Positions 42,954-52,900 of a stretch of 64,000 nucleotides of DNA are shown one piece after another. Source of the stretch: Candidatus Poribacteria bacterium (lineage in GTDB: Bacteria; Poribacteria; WGA-4E; WGA-3G); contig CBDBPM010000002.1 in the NCBI GenBank assembly GCA_965208735.1, positions 3,206,962 through 3,270,961 on the forward strand, given 5' to 3'. Every line of letters begins with the position of its first letter. Position 1 is the stretch's first letter. The notes under the pieces are model-generated. The model saw only the letters and a program-made list of their open reading frames with translations, was not told the origin of the DNA and made no database searches. The translations under genes and the position numbers were made by a program.

Positions 42954-45467
42954 ATGAAAACGAGAAAAAGACTACTTTTCATCCTAACACTGCTCATCCT
43001 CTCAACAACCGTTCTATCAACAGGCTTCACCCAAGACTACACAACCTGGAGCCTCCCCGAAGGCGCCAAAGCACGGCTCGGCAAAGGTAACATAAACGAG
43101 ATCGCATATTCACCGGATGGAGCACTACTTGCCGTCGCAAGCTCCATCGGTGTATGGCTTTACGACACGAACACCTATCAAGAGATCAACTTGCTCACGG
43201 GACATACGAGTTCGGTTCTTAGCGTCGCGTTCAGTCCTGATGGCACCACCCTCGCAAGTGGTAGTAGGGACAGGACTATCCGTTTGTGGGATGTCGCTAC
43301 AGGCACCCTGAAAAACACACTCACGGGACATACGGACTGGGTTTTTAGCGTAGCGTTCAGCCCGGATGGCACCACCCTCGCAAGTGGGAGTAGGGACACC
43401 ACGATAGACTTGTGGGATGTCGCTACAGGCACGTTGAAAAACACACTCACGGGACATACGAGTTCGGTTAGTAGCGTCGCGTTCAGTCCTGATGGCACCA
43501 CCCTCGCAAGTGGGAGTAGGGACGACCCCGTTGTCAGATTGTGGGATGTCGCTACAGGCACGTTGAAAAACACACTCACGGGACATACGAGTTCGGTTAG
43601 TAGCGTCGCGTTCAGTCCCGATGGCACCACCCTCGCAAGTGGGAGTAGGGACGGCATCCGTTTGTGGGATGTGGATACTGGCACAACTAAACACACGCTC
43701 ACTGGACATACGAGTTCGGTTCTTAGCGTCGCGTTCAGTCCCGATGGAAACACTATCGCAAGTGGGAGTGGGGACGGCATCCGTTTGTGGGATGTGGATA
43801 CTGGCACCCTGAAAAACACATTCACGGGACATACGAGGACGGTTTATAGCGTCGCGTTCAGTCCCGATGGAAACACTATCGCAAGTGGTAGTGGGGACAG
43901 GACTATCCGTTTGTGGGATGTCGCTACAGGCACCCTGAAAAACACACTCACGGGACATACGAATAGTGTTAGTAGCGTCGCGTTCAGTCCCGATGGTACC
44001 ACACTCGCAAGTGGGAGTGGGGACACCACGATAGACTTGTGGGATGTCGATACTGGCACCTTGAAAAATACACTCACAGGACATAGGGGTTCGGTTAATA
44101 GCGTAGCATTCAGCCCCGATGGCAACACACTCGCAAGTGGAGGTTGGGAAAACACCATCCGCTTTTGGGATGTCGCTACAGGCACCCTGAAAAACACACT
44201 CACGGGACATACGAATAGTGTTAGTAGCGTCGCGTTCAGCCCCGATGGAAAAACACTCGCAAGTGGCGGCGGACGGGACGACGGCACCATCCGTTTGTGG
44301 GATGTCGCTACAGGCACGTTGAAAAACACACTCACGGGACATACGAATAGTGTTAATAGCGTAGCGTTCAGCCCAGACGGAAACACCCTCGCAAGTGGGA
44401 GTTTTGACAATACCATCCGCTTTTGGGATGTTGAGACAGGCACGTTGAAAAACACACTCACGGGACATACGGACTGGGTTAATAGCGTCGCGTTCAGCCC
44501 GGATGGCACCACCCTCGCAAGTGGCGGCGGACGGGACGACGGCACCGTCGGCTTGTGGGATGTTGAGACAGGCACCCTGAAAAACACACGCACGGGACAT
44601 ACGGACAGGGTTCGTAGCGTAGCGTTCAGCCCCGATGGAAACACTATCGCAACTGGTAGTTGGAACGACAACGACCCCGTTGTCAGATTGTGGGATGTTG
44701 AGACAGGCACCCTGAAAAACACACGCACGGGACATACGGACAGGGTTCGTAGCGTAGCGTTCAGCCCCGATGGAAACACTATCGCAACTGGTAGTTGGAA
44801 CGACAACGACCCCGTTGTCAGATTGTGGGATGTCGCACCCACAGAGCCACCGCCGCTCGCAGCCGATGTTAACGGAGACGGCACCGTCAACATCCAAGAC
44901 CTCGTACAAGTCGCCGCAAACTTCGGCGAAACCGGCGAAAACCCGGCAGATGTCAACGGCGATGGTCAAGTGAACATCCAAGACCTCGTCGCTGTCGCAG
45001 CCGCATTCGGTGAAGCAGCAGCCGCACCCGCCGCACAGTCCGCAGCCCTCGAACACCTCACCGCTACCGAAGTCGAACGCTGGCTACACGCAGCACAACA
45101 CGCAAACCGCACCGATCCGACTTTCCAACGCGGTGTTGAAGTCCTAAAACACCTACTCGCACTCTTGACACCCAAAGAGACGGTGTTGCTACCCAACTAC
45201 CCGAACCCGTTTAACCCAGAGACATGGATACCGTATCAGTTGGCAAATCCAGCAGAGGTCACCCTCCGTATCTATGCGGTAGACGGAAGTTTGGTACGTA
45301 TGCTATCATTAGGACATAAAACGATAGGCATCTATCAGACCCGCGCGCTTGCGGCGTATTGGGACGGCAGAAACGCAGTCGGTGAACCCGTCGCAAGCGG
45401 ACTCTATTTCTACACACTCACCGCAGGCGAATTCACCGCAACACGAAAAATGTTGATACGAAAGTAA
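42954..45467 (+). CDS. Exported WD40 protein, 13 near-identical repeats plus one divergent repeat, dockerin-like pair and C-terminal domain
   Basis: Repeats conserved at DNA level; last two are exact 135-bp copies (44553, 44688). Confidence 0.93.
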   Translation: MKTRKRLLFILTLLILSTTVLSTGFTQDYTTWSLPEGAKARLGKGNINEIAYSPDGALLAVASSIGVWLYDTNTYQEINLLTGHTSSVLSVAFSPDGTTLASGSRDRTIRLWDVATGTLKNTLTGHTDWVFSVAFSPDGTTLASGSRDTTIDLWDVATGTLKNTLTGHTSSVSSVAFSPDGTTLASGSRDDPVVRLWDVATGTLKNTLTGHTSSVSSVAFSPDGTTLASGSRDGIRLWDVDTGTTKHTLTGHTSSVLSVAFSPDGNTIASGSGDGIRLWDVDTGTLKNTFTGHTRTVYSVAFSPDGNTIASGSGDRTIRLWDVATGTLKNTLTGHTNSVSSVAFSPDGTTLASGSGDTTIDLWDVDTGTLKNTLTGHRGSVNSVAFSPDGNTLASGGWENTIRFWDVATGTLKNTLTGHTNSVSSVAFSPDGKTLASGGGRDDGTIRLWDVATGTLKNTLTGHTNSVNSVAFSPDGNTLASGSFDNTIRFWDVETGTLKNTLTGHTDWVNSVAFSPDGTTLASGGGRDDGTVGLWDVETGTLKNTRTGHTDRVRSVAFSPDGNTIATGSWNDNDPVVRLWDVETGTLKNTRTGHTDRVRSVAFSPDGNTIATGSWNDNDPVVRLWDVAPTEPPPLAADVNGDGTVNIQDLVQVAANFGETGENPADVNGDGQVNIQDLVAVAAAFGEAAAAPAAQSAALEHLTATEVERWLHAAQHANRTDPTFQRGVEVLKHLLALLTPKETVLLPNYPNPFNPETWIPYQLANPAEVTLRIYAVDGSLVRMLSLGHKTIGIYQTRALAAYWDGRNAVGEPVASGLYFYTLTAGEFTATRKMLIRK

Positions 45468-45658
45468 GCGAGTACGCAGTTAACAGTTGTCAGTTTGCAG
45501 AACTCGGCACGCTTCCTCCATGCGGGCGGGATTTGGAACCCCGCCATAACTGAAAACTGATAACCGAGTACTGAAAACTACTGAAAACTATTAACCGAAA
45601 GGTTTTCGTAGAAAACCGTACTGAAAACTGACAACTATTTTAACAACGGAGCGTAATT

Positions 45659-46378
45659 ATGAATCTCTTTAAGTTAACCGAGACAGGTTTGGTTGTTCTG
45701 TTCATTCTCCAAGCCGTTATCTTAACTGGATGCGATCAATACGAAGAACTTACCAACGACCCACCTGAAATAACCACTTTCACCATCCCGAATGAAGTCG
45801 AATACGGTGAAACCGTCACATTTAAAGCAAGAGTCTTTGACCCGGAAGACAATCCTTTGACCTATGCGTGGGAGGTATCCGATGGCGTTTTGGAGGGCGA
45901 AGCGGGCCCCCAAGTCCAGTGGACTGCCCCCGAACTGCCGTCGGAGGAGATCGTCCCGCCGAAAGTCGTAACCGTCTACCTCTACGTACGCGATGGCGGC
46001 GAAGAAGATGTCCACAAAATGGCAACCATTACTGTTTTCTCCAAACCCTATAAAATTGCGCAATTCTTCACCAGCACCTATACGCTCATCTCCAAACAGG
46101 TCAGGGGCGACCCGGTCGAAGAAACGAGTACCCTGCGGCTCACACCGACGACCTTTACACGCGAAATCAAGTCAAACCCTGAAGCCGAGGTACAAACACC
46201 GACGCAGTTCATCACTGGCTCCTATAGATTCATTGAACCATTTGATAATAGCAGTGGGACAATCCACTGGTTCCCTACGGGCAGCCTGAACCCCGAAATC
46301 AGTACGTATACGTGGGACGGTAGACTCTTCGTCATCTTCTACCCCGAAACCGCCACCAGTTATATCTATGAAAAGTAA
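45659..46378 (+). CDS. Lipoprotein, paralog of the N-terminal part of 39312..40547
   Basis: GCDQYEE.TNDPPEIT...EVEYGETV...YVRDG.E.D...LRLTPTTFT...YTWDG shared. Confidence 0.88.
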   Translation: MNLFKLTETGLVVLFILQAVILTGCDQYEELTNDPPEITTFTIPNEVEYGETVTFKARVFDPEDNPLTYAWEVSDGVLEGEAGPQVQWTAPELPSEEIVPPKVVTVYLYVRDGGEEDVHKMATITVFSKPYKIAQFFTSTYTLISKQVRGDPVEETSTLRLTPTTFTREIKSNPEAEVQTPTQFITGSYRFIEPFDNSSGTIHWFPTGSLNPEISTYTWDGRLFVIFYPETATSYIYEK

Positions 46379-46621
46379 CGCTTCGTCCAGTTTCAAATCA
46401 TACAACAAGTTGCAGGCGGGGTTTGCAACCCCGCCGTATCCAAGTGCCTCCAGGTCCGGTAGGTGCGGTTTGCAACCGCACCGGATTCTACGCGGAAACT
46501 TTCCTTCCAATCCTTCGCATTTTCCACACTTGCACTCCTACATCAAACTATGATACAATACTAATTACAGCAAAATTGAATGTTATTGAATGTTTCCGTT
46601 AGATCGTTAAGGAATCACCTT

Positions 46622-47101
46622 ATGCACACCTTACGCAAAACTTGCACTTTACTGATCATCGGTTTAGTCGCAATCTACACTGCCGGCTGCGGTGAAAATG
46701 TTGAACAGGAGATAGACCCCGTAGTGTTTGACACAGAACCCGCCCGCGAAGAGCCTTCTGAACCCATCGCGACCGATGGGAAGCCGATCACAGTCACCGA
46801 TGCGACCTTTGAAGCCGTTGTATTGGGTGCTGAATTGCCCGTCGTGCTTGAACTCGGCGCGGAATGGTGAGGCTTTTGCCGGTCAATGCGACCCACCGTT
46901 GATGCAGTTGCATCAGAACATCGTGAAACCTTTATCATCGCGAAATTGGATATTGATAAGAACCGTGAGACCGCGGGAGAGTACGGCGGACAAGGGATTC
47001 CGGCTTACATTGTCTTCCGTGATGGCGAAGTCGTAGGAAAATTTGTAGGCGCGATGCCCCAAGGAGAGTTTGTCCAGAAAATTTTCGATATACTCAAATA
47101 A
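46622..47101 (+). CDS. Selenocysteine-containing lipoprotein thioredoxin (UxxC), read through TGA 46868-46870
   Basis: ORFs 46580..46870 and 46886..47101 are in one frame; GAEW-TGA-GFCRSMRP aligns with EADWCPFCRQMKP of the paralog; lipobox TAGC; hairpins downstream of the TGA. Confidence 0.82.
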
Positions 47102-47373
47102 CGCCAGTTTGATTAATCATTCCGGCTGTGTTGCGGTTCTTTTCGCATCACAGAGACATCAATTGTAGCACAAACTTCATAGTTTGTGGCGTATATGACA
47201 TCCATTAACAGTCGACGCGACATAAGTCCAACATTTATCAAACTCACGTTCAAATAGTTATCAGTTTGCCTTGCAGTGAGAGTTAAAGAGAGATTTGATT
47301 AACCAGAGCATCTCTTAACTGAGTACTGACAACTGTTAACCGAAAGGTTTTCGCAGAAAACCGTACCAATACT

Positions 47374-48831
47374 ATGGCACAACAAAACATAACACTCCAG
47401 AAAATCGACGAATACCGCTGGCGTATCCCGAAAAGTTACATGAAAGGCATGCGCGTGGACGGCATCGTCTATGCCAACGAGAAACTCCTCGAACAGACAA
47501 ATAGCGGCGAGGCGTTGCAGCAGGTCGCAAACGTAGCGCACCTTCCTGGCATTGTCAAACACTCGCTCGCAATGCCCGATTTACATTGGGGATACGGGTT
47601 CGTCATCGGTGGTGTCGCGGCGACCGATCCGAAGGCAGATGGTGTCGTCTCTCCCGGCGGCATCGGATACGACATCAATTGCGGAGTCCGCCTCATCCGG
47701 ACGAACCTCGATGTCTCGCAACTTGACGGTAAGCGGAAAGCACTCATCGCTAAGTTGTTCGAGAACGTTCCGTGCGGTGTCGGCTCCAGCGGCAAAATTC
47801 GGCTCACCGTCCAAGAAGAACGGCGGATGTTGGAAAAGGGCGCGCAGTGGTCAATTGATCGGGAATACGGACACCCTAACGACCTCAACTTCACCGAGGC
47901 GACCGGTTTCCTCCAAAATGCAAACGCCGACGCTGCAAGCCAACGCGCCTTAGAACGTGGCAAAAACCAACTCGGCACTCTCGGTTCCGGCAACCATTTC
48001 CTTGAAGTCCAAGCCGTTGATCGTATCTTCTACCGAGAAGCCGCCGATGCGATGGGGTTAAGCGAAGGCAATATCTGTGTCATGATTCATACCGGTTCAC
48101 GCGGCTTCGGTTATCAAATTTGCGATGAACACGTCAAGAGTTGGGTCAAAGTCGCCGAAAGATACGGCATCAGGCTTCCCGACCGGCAGCTTGCCTCCGC
48201 ACCGATTAACTCACCGGAGGGACAGGACTACATCACCGCGATGGCGTGTAGTGCCAATTATGCGTGGAACAATCGGCAATGTATTATGCACCTCGTCCGG
48301 CAGACCTTCATGCAGTTTTTTGGTGCCACAGAAGACGAACTCGGCTTAGAGCTCGTCTACGATGTCGCACATAACATCGGAAAATTCGAGAAACACACCG
48401 TTGACGGCAAAGAACGTGAACTCTTTATTCACCGCAAAGGTGCGACCCGTGCGTTTCCGGCAGGACATCCAGAGATTCCTGACAAATACCAGAAGGTCGG
48501 GCAACCTGTGCTGATTCCGGGTGATATGGGAACCGCCTCTTACGTGCTTGTCGGCAATCCGGGCGCGATGGCGGAGACATGGGGCACCACCTGCCACGGT
48601 GCGGGGAGAGTCCTCTCACGGCGGAAGGCGATCGCCTTAACGAAAGGACGTTCTATCCAAAAGGATTTAGAGGCGCAAGGCATCTTCGTCCGTGCGGAAG
48701 GCAGACGTACCCTCCAAGAAGAGGTACCTGAAGCTTACAAGGATGTCGATGAAGTCGTCCGTGTCGTTGACAAAGCCGGACTTTCACGGCGCGTCGCACG
48801 TCTCCGTCCCATCGGAGTCGTGAAGGGTTAA
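47374..48831 (+). CDS. rtcB: RNA ligase RtcB
   Basis: MPDLHWGYGF.IGGV, GYDINCGVR, LGTLGSGNHFLEVQ, IHTGSRG, HRKGATRA, HGAGR. Confidence 0.97.
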   Translation: MAQQNITLQKIDEYRWRIPKSYMKGMRVDGIVYANEKLLEQTNSGEALQQVANVAHLPGIVKHSLAMPDLHWGYGFVIGGVAATDPKADGVVSPGGIGYDINCGVRLIRTNLDVSQLDGKRKALIAKLFENVPCGVGSSGKIRLTVQEERRMLEKGAQWSIDREYGHPNDLNFTEATGFLQNANADAASQRALERGKNQLGTLGSGNHFLEVQAVDRIFYREAADAMGLSEGNICVMIHTGSRGFGYQICDEHVKSWVKVAERYGIRLPDRQLASAPINSPEGQDYITAMACSANYAWNNRQCIMHLVRQTFMQFFGATEDELGLELVYDVAHNIGKFEKHTVDGKERELFIHRKGATRAFPAGHPEIPDKYQKVGQPVLIPGDMGTASYVLVGNPGAMAETWGTTCHGAGRVLSRRKAIALTKGRSIQKDLEAQGIFVRAEGRRTLQEEVPEAYKDVDEVVRVVDKAGLSRRVARLRPIGVVKG

Positions 48832-48895
48832 ATTTTTAAGAAAAATAAACAACTGACGGCCGATGGTGGATGGCTGACGGCTACGGGAGAAGCAA

Positions 48896-49582
48896 ATGAA
48901 AAAATTAGTGCTGGTAATATTCACGGTTGCAAGCCTGATTGGAAGCCTACTTTTTGTATTGACATCCTGCAATACCCCAATCGAAGCACAAGATATCATA
49001 GAACCTTCGAGTGTCACTGTCGACGACCTGACGGCTATCCTTGAAGGGATGCCGCTTTCGGATGTTAAAGAGGCAATATTGAAGGTAGATCCTAACGTTC
49101 GGTCATTAATTGGGGTCCATGCTTTAAATAGTCTACCCAGTGAAATCGCTTTTGATGCGGGCAAATTGTTAAACGGTGAAGTTCGGGAGGGTGCTACCTC
49201 AGTATCGCTTGATGACTTCCTCAAGGTATACCTGAATGACCTATCGGGTGTGGACCCTGAGGTTCAAGCATTAATTGGGGTTCGGACGTTAAATTCTCTG
49301 AATGATGTGTCCGATGAACTCGCTTTTGATAACGGTAAGTCATTAAAGGGTAAGGTCCGGGATGGTGCTGCCTCAGCACTACTTGATGAACTTGTCAACG
49401 CATGCTTGGTGGAAGTGCCGCATCTGATAACGCCAGACATCACTGACGAGCAGGTAGAGGAATTTGTCAACAGTTTATGCTTTACAGATATGCGACGCAA
49501 ATTCAGGGAATTGAATCAGTTATACTCTATTATGTTAGAGGAAGCGCTGTCTAAACAGTACACGCTTCCACCACTGGAGTAA
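48896..49582 (+). CDS. Lipoprotein with an internal two-fold repeat
   Basis: Lipobox LTSC; VDP.V..LIGV..LNSL...E.AFD.GK.L.G.VR.GA occurs twice. Confidence 0.75.
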   Translation: MKKLVLVIFTVASLIGSLLFVLTSCNTPIEAQDIIEPSSVTVDDLTAILEGMPLSDVKEAILKVDPNVRSLIGVHALNSLPSEIAFDAGKLLNGEVREGATSVSLDDFLKVYLNDLSGVDPEVQALIGVRTLNSLNDVSDELAFDNGKSLKGKVRDGAASALLDELVNACLVEVPHLITPDITDEQVEEFVNSLCFTDMRRKFRELNQLYSIMLEEALSKQYTLPPLE

Positions 49583-49754
49583 AGATGGCTGTATCCGACG
49601 CTGAACGGTTAAGGTTTTTACCGAATCGTTAATATTTTGTACCCTTACTTAGTTTTCTGCCGTTATTAAAAATAGTGTCTACTTTTTTATCAGAGTGTGT
49701 TCAAAAAATAGGCAACACAGGCGCGCGTGTTGCCTAAAATAGACACTTTCCGAT

Positions 49755-49770
49755 TGGCACGGAAATTGCA
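49755..49770 (+). promoter_or_regulatory. Sigma54 (-24/-12) promoter
   Basis: TGGCACG-GAAA-TTGCA, perfect consensus; upstream palindrome TAGGCAACAC/GTGTTGCCTA. Confidence 0.8.
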
Positions 49771-49781
49771 TATATCTAAAT

Positions 49782-49912
49782 AAGCCTCCTTGGGTAAGCC
49801 GGAAGCATAATTTCTAAAAGGTAGAGTTTGCAAACCTATATTGCATGCGTTAGGTTAGAATCCCTGAAACCTTAAAACCTCTTAGGAACATCGCTTCCGG
49901 TCCCTTTTTTCT
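49782..49912 (+). ncRNA. Candidate ~130-nt small RNA or structured leader
   Basis: CCGGAAGC(49799)/GCTTCCGG(49893) closing stem, inner helices, followed by a T-run. Confidence 0.45.
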
Positions 49913-49933
49913 CTTTCTCTCAACTATTAAGCC

Positions 49934-52900
49934 ATGCCGAATCTCAACATCAAAACTACACACAAACCGATAAAAACATACTACACTGAACTCGAAAAGT
50001 ACGCACAACTCGGCGAAGAGAACGAAGGCACCGTCCGTGCCGCTTTCCAAAACCTCCTCCAGCACTACTGCGGTCAATCCGACCTCACACTCCTCTGCGA
50101 AAAAAGCCACTACACGCCGGAGAAGCGACGGATAACGCCTGACGGTGAAGTCGTCGATGGCTTCGGTCTACCACACGGCTACTGGGAAGCAAAAGATACA
50201 CAGGACGATCTCCACGTCGAAGCGGGTAAAAAGTTCGCCGCAGGCTACCCTTCAAAAAATATTGTTGTCCAATTCCCGACACATGCGCTCCTCTATCAAC
50301 ACGGGCAGCTGCAGCTTGATGTGGACATCACCGAACCGAGAAACCTTGTCCACGTCCTCGAAACCTTCTTCGCGTATCAGGAGGAGAATATCGCTGCGTG
50401 GCATACCGCAGTCGCCGAATTCAGAGAGATTGTGCCAGAGCTCGGTGAGAAATTGGCGGCACTCATCGAAACCGAACGCCAGAGCAACGCGCATTTTCAG
50501 AAGGTGTTCACCGGTTTCCATGAGCAGTGCCAAGTCTCCATCAACCCGAACCTCTCTATCGCCGCCGTTGAGGAGATGCTCATCCAGCATTTACTCACCG
50601 AACGGATCTTCGCAACGGTTTTCGATAACCGCGACTTCACACGCCGAAATATCATCGCCCGCGAAATCGAGAACGTTGTCGATGCACTCACCGAACGGAC
50701 CCTGAACCGCTCCGAATTCCTCCGTCCCTTGAACCCGTTTTACGTCGCGATTGAGCAGACCGCCAGCACAATCACGGACTTCTCACAAAAGCAAGGGTTC
50801 CTCAACACCGTCTACGAGCAGTTCTTTCAAGGCTTCTCCATCAAGGTCGCAGACACGCACGGTATCGTCTACACACCGCAACCGATCGTCGATTTCATGG
50901 TCAAAAGCGTTGAACACATCTTACAGACCGAGTTTGAGCGTTCCATGTCCGATACCGGTGTGCATATCATCGACCCGTTCGTCGGTACCGGCAACTTCAT
51001 CGTCCGCATCATGCAGGCACTTGATTCCATCGCATTGGAGCGGAAATATACCGCCGATCCCCCGGAACTCCAGTGCAATGAGGTGATGCTCCTGCCGTAC
51101 TATATCGCCAGCATGAACATTGAGCATCAGTTTTTCACCGCAACAAACCGGTATCTGCCTTATGAGGGGATATGTCTCGTAGACACGTTTGAGATGGCAG
51201 AAGGACAGCAGATGTCGCTTTTCACTGCTGACAATACGGCGCGCGTCGAGAAGCAGAAAGAGACCGATATGTTCGTCGTCATCGGCAACCCGCCTTATAA
51301 TATGGGACAGGTCAACGAGAACGATAACAACAGAAACCGGGAATACAAGACGATGGATGACCGGGTTTCGGACACGTACGCAAAAGACTCCAAAGCGACG
51401 CTCAGAAATAAACTTTCAGATCCGTATGTCAAGGCGATTCGGTGGGCATCTGATAGAATTGGAGAAGAGGGCGTTGTGGCTTTTGTGACGAATAACGGTT
51501 TTCTTGACGGTATAGCGTTCGATGGCATGCGAAAACGCCTTGCAGAAGAATTTGACGCTATTTACATTTTGGATCTGGGTGGTAATGTCCGAAAGAACCC
51601 GAAACTGTCAGGGACAACACACAATGTATTTGGAATTCAGGTTGGGGTGAGTATTAATTTTTTCATCAAAAAGATTGACAACACAAATTCGCAAACGCAA
51701 ATTTTCTACACTTGTGTTGATGAATTTTGGCGGAAGGAAGACAAGTATAACCATCTCAATTCAAAACAGCATTACCAGAATATTGAGTGGAAGCAAATAA
51801 CACCTGACAAACGGAATACGTGGCTCACCGAAGGTCTTCATACTGAATTTGATACTTTCATCCCGATGGGGAGTACGGAAGCGAAAAGGTCTGCTAATGG
51901 AGGGAAGGCAATTTTCGGCACCTACTCTTTGGGCGTTGTTACGAGTAGAGATAATTTGGTGTACTCATTTGATCTTGAGTTGCTGCAAGAACGGGTTGGC
52001 ACATTTATTGAAATATATAACACTGCCGTTGACCAAAAAAAACGACATAATCCAAAAGACCCTATTGAAAATTTTATTGACACGACTGACGCGCGCATCA
52101 AGTGGAGTCATCGGGTTAAGCAATCTCTGAAAAATTTGGCGTTTAGCGACTATGAAGCATCACACTTTCGGATCTCGTTATATCGTCCATTTTGTCAACA
52201 ATATCTCTATTTTGACCATTTATGGAATGAAAGGCGTTATCAACAGTATCGGATTTTTCCTACGCCAGAAACCGAAATCGATAACCGTGTGATTTGTGTG
52301 AGTGGAGTAGGACATGATATTTTCAGGTGTCATATTTCCAATAAAATCCCTGAATTGAAATTTTCAAATTCCGCAAACGGCGGTTCTCAATGCTTCCCGT
52401 TCTATACCTACGACGAAGACGGCACAAACCGCCGCGAAAATATCACCGATTGGGCATTGGCAGAATTCCGTACCCACTACCACGACGACACCATCACCAA
52501 GTGGGACATCTTCCACTACAACTACGGACTTTTACACTATCCAGACTATCGCGAAAAATACGAAGCGAACCTCAAACGTGATTTGCCGCATATCCCTTTC
52601 GCTAAAGACTTCTGGGGATTTTCAAAAGCAGGCGCGCAACTTGCTGATCTCCACGTTAACTACGAATCCCAATCCGAATACGATAAACTGAAGTTCATCC
52701 AGACCCCGGATGTGCCGCTCGATTGGCGCGTCGAGAAGATGAAACTCTCAAAGGACAAAACGCAGATTGTCTACAACAAATTCTTGACGCTTGATGGGAT
52801 ACCGCCAAAAGCCTTCGACTACCGACTCGGCACCCGTTCCGCCTTGGATTGGGTCATAGACCAGTATCGTGTGAAAACGGACAAACGAAGCCGCATCGTC

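Noticed and set aside
43125-45056. 643-aa and 370-aa minus-strand ORFs
   Set aside because: Antisense shadows of the repetitive WD40 gene; they repeat with the same period and have no independent features.
35330-45467. Diversity-generating retroelement suggested by near-identical 3' ends of three genes
   Set aside because: All copies are coding, the differences are not obviously adenine-specific, and there is no reverse transcriptase in the window.
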